DNA of 51,286 bases, taken from NCBI GenBank assembly GCA_002269645.1, contig NIVC01004300.1, positions 1 through 51,286 of the forward strand, given 5' to 3'. The notes below the pieces were generated by a model. It searched no databases. It was not told the origin of the DNA and was given only the letters and a program-made list of their open reading frames with translations. Made by a program: the position numbers and the translations under genes. This DNA comes from Macrostomum lignano. Lineage: Eukaryota. Of the stretch, positions 43,197-51,286 are shown one piece after another; the stretch's first letter is position 1, and every line of letters starts with the position of its first letter.

Positions 43197-44157
43197 ATGG
43201 ACACAGATAACGACCGCTTATATTTTATAGGAGAAATTGTAGATACTTTAGATCTAGATGATAATAAACATAGCCACACAATGTTAAAAAGATTGGATCG
43301 ATTAGGTAAAAAGTTTGACTACGACATCGATACATTTAAACTCGCAGCAAAATATGCACAAGAAGGAAGGCCAATATCCTTTAAGAATCGCGGCAGAAAT
43401 TATAGGTTGACAGACTCCGATGTGAAATTTTTAATGGAGACTCACACTAAAAAGGACGGCGGATTACTACCCATTCTACCGCTTCTTTTAGGACTTGGCG
43501 CAGCTGGAGCAGCCGGTTTAGCCGGAAAAAGAATTCATGATAATGTAAAACAGCTAGGAGAGTTAAGAGCGAAACAGGGGGGCAATAATTTTTGCAGGAA
43601 TTGGAGCAGCTGGAGGAGTTGCTGGCGGAGCAGCTGGAATTGCAAAAGCAGTAAATGACAAAAAAGCTGCGGACGAAAAAGCTAAAAGAGAGGCCGAATT
43701 TCAAAGACAGCAAATAACGCAGGACGCACAATTTAAACAAAAACTTATCGATACAATTAATAGTAGTTCAGCAACAGCTGAGCAAAAAAGAAATGCAGAA
43801 GCTAGGTTATCAGCCGGAAAAGGTTTACTCTTGCAAGGAACAAATCACGGGAATGGTTTGGTACTAAAAGGAACAACCCAAGGAAGTGGAGTTGTCGCAG
43901 ATAAACTACATGAATTTGGCCAAACTTTAGAAAAAACGGGTGAGAAAGCTAAAGGATTTTTTGACAATATTGGATCCAATTTTAGACCAGCTGTTCAGAA
44001 AATTTTTAATAAATTAGGAAAAGATTTTAACATCATTGAAAAACACGACGGAAGCGGATTATATCTCGAAATGCGACCAAAAGCAGGTTCAGGAATTTTC
44101 TTAAATTCAAACGTTATGGGCAATGGATTGCTATTACCAAAAGCAGATCTCGAATAG
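43197..44157 (+). CDS. Polinton putative membrane-active virion precursor (~320 aa), joined across a +1 shift at the G6 run (~43577-43582)
   Basis: KDGGLLPILPLLLGLGAAG then, after removing one G, AIIFAGIGAAGGVAGGAAGIAKAVND, a coiled segment, and six G-[KNS]-G-hydrophobic motifs (GKGLLL, GNGLVL, GSGVVA, GSGLYL, GSGIFL, GNGLLL). The downstream frame is open to 44157. Confidence 0.7.
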
Positions 44158-44240
44158 GCTCCTGGGGGAGGGTCTGGACACCAAAAACACAAAATTAAAA
44201 AATCAATAATTCAAACATTATATAAATTTTATTCTATAAA

Positions 44241-47200
44241 ATGGAAGCAATTTTAGCTCAAATCGACAACCCAGAACTTAGAGCGCAATTAATAGCTCAA
44301 ATCGATGCACAACGAATTGCCGATAGGGCTGAAATAGAAGCAAGAATTAGGGCAGAAAATGAGATACGTTTAGAAAGACAATTAAATGATATTAATAACC
44401 CCCAACCACAAGTACAAAATGGAGCTGAAGTAATATATATAGATATAGATATAAATACAAATTATAAAGAATATTTTAAACAAATGAAAGATAAATTAAA
44501 GACTATATTAAACAATTATACTATAAGGCCAAATAACAAACGACAGCCAATTAAGTATAAAATAGAAGTTGAAACAGAATTTAAAAAACCAAATATTCTT
44601 AATGCAAATTCAGAAATTGAAGTAATAAATAACTTTTCACAAGAATCTATAAGACATTCTATCAATGAGAAATTACAACAATCAATTCGATCAAATAGAA
44701 GCTGAGTTTGATGAATGGATAGATAAGATGACAGAAAACGGATCTGGGTTTATATTTGTATCCTGTAATTCAGCAATAGTAAAGATTGCACCTATAGAAA
44801 TTCTTAAAGGACGATCACATATGAAGCTCAAATTTAAATCACCTATGATTATAAATCCAGACAATAAAGATAATAAATGTTTATTATGGTGTTTATTAAT
44901 TCATAAATATCACAATCAAGTAGAATCACATTAATAAAATATATAATTATAGACAATATGAGGATGAAATAATAATGAAAAACATCTCATACCCAGTAGC
45001 AATAGATGATATATATAAGATTGAAAAAATGAATGGTTTAAATATTAATGTTTTTACAATTGAAGAACCAAAGATCTAGAAGAAATTCAGCAGGTCGATC
45101 CAGAATGGTATAAGAAAAACTGTTATCTTGTTAAGCCAGCAACTGATATAACAGCACCAGATCAAATCGATCTTTTGTACATGCAGCGCGAAAATGAAAC
45201 ACATTATATATACATAAAAGATATTAGTTCTTTTTTAAGAGAAAATAGAAATAGATATCCACTATGTAGAAATTGTTTTACATTTAAAAAGGATGAAACA
45301 GCTCTTAAAAACCACCAACGATTTTGTTTAGATCACAAATTTACTAATGCTATAATGCCAGCATCTGAAGATGCAACCCTAAAGTTCCAACAACATTATA
45401 TGGCAGTTAAAAAACCAATAGTAATATATGCTGATTTTGAAGCAACAAATGTTCCCTTAAAAGAATCACAGACGGTATCTGATGGTGAATGCACAAAAAA
45501 ATTAGCACAACAGTTTCCTAATAGTTATTGTATATATGTACACTCCGTAGCTGATCATATATTTAAATCAAGGATGATTACTTACCACGGTAATGATGCA
45601 GCTAAGCACATGGCAGAATCATTAGTAAATGTATTTGAATATATTCAAAATCAATATGATAAATTATCAAAAAATATTAATATGACAAATAAGGATAGAG
45701 ACAATTATAAAAATGCAACAAATTGTTTTATGTGCAAAAGATATTTAAGTAAGAAAAATAAGATACGAGAACATTGTCATCTAACAGGAAATTATCGAGG
45801 GGCAGCATGTAGATCATGTAATGCAAAAGAAGGAAAAGGATGTAAGGAAATACCAGTATTTTTTCATAATGGTTCCGGATATGATTTTCATTTCTTAGTT
45901 CGAGAATTGCTTCATTTAGGAAAGGATGAATATGAAATAAATATATTACCTAAAACATCAGAAAATTACATATCAATAACATATGGTAAGAAATACTCCC
46001 ATCTAGTTTTTCTAGATTCCTTGAGATTCTTATCAACATCTTTAGCAAATGTTGTTTCATCATTAGTTCCAAAACCATGGGATTTAGAAATAGTAAAGAA
46101 AAACTTTCCAATCTTATTGAATCGTTTCAAAAAGAAAAACTATCCGAGGAAGAACTAATGCTATTAACTCGTAAGGGCATCTACCCATATGAATATGTAA
46201 CATCTGAAGACGTATTTTTCATACCGAATTACCCCCAATTGAAAAGTTTTATTCAACATTATCACAAACAAACATAAGTGAATCGGATTATGAACACGCT
46301 CAAAAAGTATGGAAATACTTTAATTGTAAAACATTTAAAGATTATCATAATCTATATCTTAAAGCAGATGTTCTCCTATTAGCTGATGCATTTGAAAACT
46401 TTAGGAATCATACATATGAGAATTTTAAAATTGATCCCGCATATTGTTTCAGTGCACCGGGATTAACATGGGCTTGTGGTTTGAAACATACAGATGTTAA
46501 GATTGATTTACTAACTGATCATGATATGTTGTTAATGATTGAGAGAGGAATTCGCGGCGGATTCTCGGGTGTACTAGGAGATAGATATACTAAAGTAAAT
46601 AATAAGTATCTTCCAAATTATAATAAAAAAGAAAAATCATCATATGTATTATATCTAGATGCAAACAATTTATACGGTGGTTGTATGAAACAAAAATTAC
46701 CAATAGCTGATTTCCAATGGGAAGATGACCCCGATTATTACAAAAATATTCCCGAAGGAAGGGGCTGTATCGTAGAAGTGGATTTGCAATATACTCGGGA
46801 AGCAAAAGCAAAAACATATAAATATCCTTTAGCTCCAGAGCATTGTTCAGTTAATGAAGATGATTTATCACAAACACAAAAAGATTATCTTAAAGCAGAT
46901 AATGCAAAACATCTAGCAACAAAAAAATTAATATTAAATTTACATGATAAGAAAAACTATGTAGTGCATTATAAGCTTCTACAATTTTATGAAAAACAGG
47001 GATTAAAAGTGTCTAAAGTACATCGAACAATATCGTTTATTGAGGAAGATTGGTTAGCTAAATATATTGACTTTAATTCAAATCAGAGACAGATGTCAAA
47101 AACAAATTTTGAGAAAGATTATTGGAAATTAATGAATAATGCTTTTTATGGAAAAACGGTTGAAAATATTAGAGATAGAACCCAATTCCATTTAGAAAAG

Positions 47201-48189
47201 GATATTGATAAAGCAAAGAAATATTTCTCAAAACCTAACTTTAAAGACTTTATAAAATTTGATGATAACTTTATGGGTATTCATATGAGAAATAAAACAA
47301 CAAAATTTCTTAAACCAATATTTATTGGAATGGTTGTTTTAGATTATGCAAAGCTGGTAATGTATGAATATTATTATGATGTTATAAATAAAACATGGCC
47401 AGATAACTATCCAATATATGCAGACACCGACAGTTTGGTATTTAAGGTTGAAACAGATGACGGCGAAGCCGCGAACCAAAGGTTCGATGTCTATAAAGAT
47501 ATGGAAAAAATTAAGGATACACTGGATACCTCCGACTATCCGGATAACCATCCTTTAAAATCAGATCAAAATAAAAAAGTTGTACTTAAAATGAAAGATG
47601 AATTAAATAGCAAAATCATAACCGAGTTTATAGCAATAAGATCAAAATGCTATGCATTTAAGGTTTTAGGACAGGAGGGAGAGGTAAAAAAAATAAAAGG
47701 GGTATCAAGAGCAGCAGTAAAAAAGATAACATTTGATGATTATAAAAACGTACTTTTAGATTACCTTAATACAATTGAAAATTATCATGCTCCACAATAT
47801 CGATTAAATTCAGATAAGCATCAGATGTTTGTCATCGAGACAGATAAAAAACATTAAGTCCATTTGATGATAAAAGATATTTAGATGATAAAATTAAAAC
47901 ATATCCATATGGTTTAAAAGAAGAGATAAAAAATATGATAAAAGATAAAAAACAAAAAGAAGATATAATAAGTAAATATAATGAATACAAAGCGGCAATA
48001 AATAATTATTATTACGATTGTGATTGTGAATCCGAATGTGATTGTGAATATAATACATTTCTAGAATATGAAAAAGATATAGATAATTATTATTCAACAT
48101 TTCCAAAAGAACTTAAAAAATTAAATAAGGAAAAAGTCTTGAATAACTGGAAGAGATTAACAGAAAAATTACTTATATCGCGACGTTAA
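44241..48189 (+). CDS. polB: Protein-primed family B DNA polymerase (pPolB), ~1,300 aa, interrupted by about six 1-nt indels (~44660-44700, 44930, 45075, 46140, 46220, 47850)
   Basis: ENGSGFIF; INPDNKDNKCLLWC...HYIYIKD; ExoI YADFE; CFMC...EHCHLTGNYRGAACRSCN; ExoII HNGSGYD; FLDS; RKGIYPYEY; ExoIII YLKADV; IRGG; motif A YLDANNLYG; motif B KLMNNAFYGK; motif C YADTDS; KKIKGV; LSPFDDKRY. Confidence 0.95.
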
Positions 48190-48423
48190 AAAAACTAAAG
48201 CATGTAATTGTTTGAGCATAATATCCATTTCGATTTCATATATATTGAAGCCAATTTCCTCGCAGTCATCAGGGTAACTTAAACAATCCTTTATTTTTTT
48301 CCTAAGTTTTTTTATTTTTCTAACCAATCTATCTATTTCAATTTCAATTACTATTTCAGCATAAACAATATCTTGTCTTAAAAAACGTTTTCTTTTATCT
48401 ATCTCATATCGGATGGGAAACAT
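48169..48423 (-). CDS. Small basic/coiled hypothetical viral protein (84 aa)
   Basis: ORF packed tail-to-tail with the pPolB end; no recognisable motif. Confidence 0.45.
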   Translation of the reverse strand: MFPIRYEIDKRKRFLRQDIVYAEIVIEIEIDRLVRKIKKLRKKIKDCLSYPDDCEEIGFNIYEIEMDIMLKQLHALVFLTSRYK

Positions 48424-48514
48424 ATCGTCCCATACTCATGATATTTCTGAGATATAATTATATTTATTTTTTTATTAATATCATTAAGTTCACGCTCTTT
48501 AGTGATAAGGATTT

Positions 48515-48874
48515 TTATCGTATCCATTTTCTTATAAAAAATTTACTTCGTTCGTCATCCTCCCAAACAGCCGCCAATTTTACAGTCCTATCACTCTTTT
48601 TATTATTTGTTTGTTTTAGTTTAAATTGCAATCCACCCTCGTTGCTGTATTTCATAACAAACGCTTTAGGTTTATTAATAACTAAAACAGGAAAATTTTT
48701 AACATCATCTCCGCTTAGACATAAAATTTTTTGCCCATCTAATTGTAAAAATATTGATTGAAGCCCAATAAATTTAACCTGTCTCAAACATATAATATTA
48801 TATTCTTTATTCTCCAACATATTGGGTGTGAGATAATTAATCACATTAGAATCGGTTTTGAACCAGCTCTCCAT
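48515..48874 (-). CDS. Hypothetical viral protein (~119 aa, probable start MESWF)
   Basis: Open frame with TAAAAATG start context; beta-rich composition. Confidence 0.55.
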   Translation of the reverse strand: MESWFKTDSNVINYLTPNMLENKEYNIICLRQVKFIGLQSIFLQLDGQKILCLSGDDVKNFPVLVINKPKAFVMKYSNEGGLQFKLKQTNNKKSDRTVKLAAVWEDDERSKFFIRKWIR

Positions 48875-48899
48875 TTTTAATCTAAAAAAATAAAAAAAA

Positions 48900-49064
48900 A
48901 TGAAAGACATTTATGTTTGTAATAAATGTAATGTGACTATGCACAGAGGGCAAACAGCAAACGGAGATATATATCATATGTGTTATTCATGTTCTAAAAT
49001 ATATCAATTTGAAAAAAAAAAAAGATTGAAAACTCATATTACTATTTTAAAAACACAATTTTAA
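48900..49064 (+). CDS. 54-aa zinc-ribbon protein (below the ORF-track cutoff)
   Basis: MKDIYVCNKCNVTMHRGQTANGDIYHMCYSCSKIYQFEKKKRLKTHITILKTQF*: CxxC-x17-CxxC, ATG preceded by poly-A. Confidence 0.6.
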   Translation: MKDIYVCNKCNVTMHRGQTANGDIYHMCYSCSKIYQFEKKKRLKTHITILKTQF

Positions 49065-49394
49065 GAAATCTTACAAGAGACATTTCTGATCCAATTTTAA
49101 TTCCGGAAATAATGTTTATTTATATAATAACTTTTTCCATTTAAATAAAGGAAAGGGATTAAGTTCGAAAGACTCCGAAAGGATTTTAATTTTAGTTGGA
49201 TATTATTTCAATTTTCTTATTCGAGAGAATACAAAGTTTATAAGGATAGGTAACATACCTAACGAAATGTTATTGAAAAAGTCATTGGAATTTTTATGTA
49301 TTGATAAAAAATTTAAACCTAGGATCAGAAGAGAGTTACCACTTTGGGAAGAATATATAACATATGCATTAAATAAACTAAACAACCTGAAGTT

Positions 49395-50030
49395 CTACAG
49401 TACTTCCTGACCGCGGCTTTGTGCCCCAGTAGCAATAGTTTCAGGTTTGTATTCTATAGTTTCTATCGGAGGAGCTTTGGGTTTGTCCAAACGCAATTCC
49501 TTCAATTCCATATCGGTAAAAGTTTCAACATCTAAAATTCTATTTCTATCTTTTAAATATTTTTCATATAACTCAACCGCGGTTGATAATTCATGAATCG
49601 TTATCTCTCCATCATCCAATATTTTTTGCACATATAAATATAATTGATTTTTATATTGTTTTGCAACATCTCTTAAAGATTTATATTTTTCCTTTCTTTT
49701 TTTAAGATATAATTTAATTGCTAAAAGTATTGATAAGTTTCTGATCATTTCAAAACCTGATATTGAGCCAATTGAAATACCTAAAAATAATTGAGATAAA
49801 TTAAGAGTTGGAATAGATTGTAAAATACCTAAAACGATTACACATAACATTGATAAACTTCCAAATCCAATATTGAAAAAATCCATATTTCTTATATGGT
49901 TTGAAACTCTTCTTACTTTTTTAGTATATAAATCATAATCATAGTTAATACGATCAACATTACTCAACATCTGACCTTTACGTTGGTTGAACCGGTCGCG
50001 TTCCCATTTATCTGCTTCAGATACCGACAT
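49395..50030 (-). CDS. Polinton-type two-TM membrane protein (211 aa)
   Basis: Hydrophobic pair FFNIGFGSLSMLCVIVLGIL / LFLGISIGSISGFEMIRNLSILLAI, then basic KKRKEKY and ILDDGEITIHE motif of the kind seen in Maverick accessory TM proteins. Confidence 0.65.
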   Translation of the reverse strand: MSVSEADKWERDRFNQRKGQMLSNVDRINYDYDLYTKKVRRVSNHIRNMDFFNIGFGSLSMLCVIVLGILQSIPTLNLSQLFLGISIGSISGFEMIRNLSILLAIKLYLKKRKEKYKSLRDVAKQYKNQLYLYVQKILDDGEITIHELSTAVELYEKYLKDRNRILDVETFTDMELKELRLDKPKAPPIETIEYKPETIATGAQSRGQEVL

Positions 50031-50038
50031 TCTCGTCT

Positions 50039-50339
50039 ATTTTTAATAGCACCAAAATGAATTCCCACGCTCTTTGGGGATTTGCCCGAGCTCAATAGGT
50101 ATTGTATTGGAGTTATTCTTTCTTTTTTCTCCCATTTAAATCCTATTTTCCAAAACTCTTGAAGTATAATATGATTTTTTAACAATTTAATTAATTCTTG
50201 AAGTTTCTTATTATCCTGAACATTTACAGTACTAAATAAAATTTGGTATGAGATTGAAGTTTTTATATTTGATTCTTGTTTAGGAATAGGAATAATAACA
50301 TTTATTATTTGTCTCATCGATGGGTTCTACTAAAGCCAT
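50039..50339 (-). CDS. Hypothetical viral protein (~100 aa), probably frameshifted near its start and end
   Basis: TATAAAAATG start (MALVEPIDET) at 50339 shifts into the 49964-50317 frame (INVIIPIPKQE...). Confidence 0.4.
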
Positions 50340-50454
50340 TTTTATATATAAATATCGAACCTTTGGTTCGCGACTTAGGCTTTAGCCTTAGGCGATTTCG
50401 GTTTGTGGCCGTTCCAAATATGCGGTCGCAGCAAAATCATATCCTGCTGATGTG

Positions 50455-51286
50455 CTACCACAAACGGCTGCACCGAATAAAATGTGCAGCATCCGATCCT
50501 CCAGTTCGAGCACCAAAACCCATAAGAGTCCCGTTTTATCTAAAGTTCCCAAGTTCCACTATCATATGTAAAAAAGTTTTGCCCAATTAGCGTATATGTA
50601 TTAGCTGATACATTGTATGTGCTTATTTGATACCAAACTCTTTGATTTAAAATATTAATTTCAAAAAGATGCCAATCGCCGTTATCAATATTTGCATAAG
50701 TTATCGTTTGATCGGCGTCGTTAAGAACATCATTACGAACTGTTGCTCCGTCTGATTTTATATTGCTCCAAACAACCCCAACTCTATCAGCCACTCACTC
50801 GCAAATCAAGCCGCGCGCGGGTTGTTAACCCGGATCCAAATTCACTTGTTGGCGTTCGTGACAATATGCATAAAACCAAACAGCGTCAGCACCATCTCCT
50901 GTAGAATTAGCGACTCGGAAATAGAAGGAGGCGGAGATATTACGAAAATGGGTGAAATTAAATTGCAACGCTCCAGACTGACCACTTGCTTCATCAGTAA
51001 TTCTAGCTCCATTTTGATAATCAATATAAGTACGTACCAACAAAACTTCCAGTTGGAAAAATATCACCGGCTGTGGTTGGGTTTTGATATCCAGTCCAAT
51101 TGCAAATTACAGGCTCGTACAAAGCGGCATCGATTGCAGGTATTCCATCCAATTTTATTTTATCATTAAAGACATTCGGCCATCCGCCGTTTGTGTTACT
51201 CGCGTGTCAACATAACCTTTAGTAACAACAAACTGTTATGTTTATAGTAGAGATATTAGTAATTGTATTACCCCCATATCAATTGA
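50455..51286 (-). CDS. Fibre-like protein with C-terminal L-type (legume/ConA-like) lectin domain; multiply frameshifted, 5' end outside the window
   Basis: Frame-hopping translation gives IDMGGNTITNI...VVTKGYVD (fibre shaft repeat), then RITDEASGQSGALQF, FYFRVANSTGDGADAVWFY, IDNGDWHLFEI and MGFGARTGGSDAAHFIR..LW*, in legume-lectin order. Confidence 0.65.

Larger units (their letters stand above)
42300..51286. mobile_element. Polinton/Maverick (adintovirus-like) endogenous viral element, left part; truncated by the window end
   Basis: Abrupt switch to AT-rich, intronless, tightly packed ORFs; 5'-AGTAGT terminus; protein-primed PolB; Gly-rich GxG proteins; fibre-like gene; two convergent gene blocks meeting near 48180. 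Integrase, ATPase, protease and capsids are not seen. Confidence 0.85.

Noticed and set aside
43570-43590. Programmed ribosomal frameshift at the G6 run
   Set aside because: No slippery heptamer or downstream structure is evident, and many other homopolymer indels nearby point to sequence error.

Overview
Eukaryotic (metazoan) genomic DNA with GC-rich spliced exons, AT-rich or minisatellite-filled introns and about 15 tandem-repeat arrays. The style suggests a flatworm such as Macrostomum, but that is inference only. Host part (1-~42.3 kb): BOK-like Bcl-2 gene (one apparent 1-nt frameshift), EF-hand rhomboid (RHBDL-type), a secreted PAN/apple + C-type lectin gene, a 7-exon ribosomal S6 kinase, an actin with three CArG boxes, 3' exon(s) of a Gab/FRS2-like tyrosine-motif adaptor, a long multi-exon ankyrin-repeat gene, RidA, a tRNA-like SINE, a hAT-type MITE and a Tc1/mariner deletion derivative. 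From ~42,300 to the window end lies an AT-rich, intronless, densely packed Polinton/Maverick (adintovirus-like) endogenous viral element. It has an AGTAGT terminus with nested hairpins, two Gly-rich putative virion precursors, a ~1,300-aa protein-primed DNA polymerase B broken only by single-base indels, several small ORFs, a 2-TM protein and a fibre-like gene ending in a legume-lectin-like domain. Integrase, ATPase, protease and capsid genes are not in the window, so the element is truncated. The most unusual signal is a family of GC-rich DNA mini-hairpins in the viral element. One is a 26-nt double hairpin apparently inserted in frame next to the polymerase YxDTDS motif, and it shares an exact 19-nt copy with an intergenic site 2.9 kb away. 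All family assignments are from motif recognition by eye; no searches were run.
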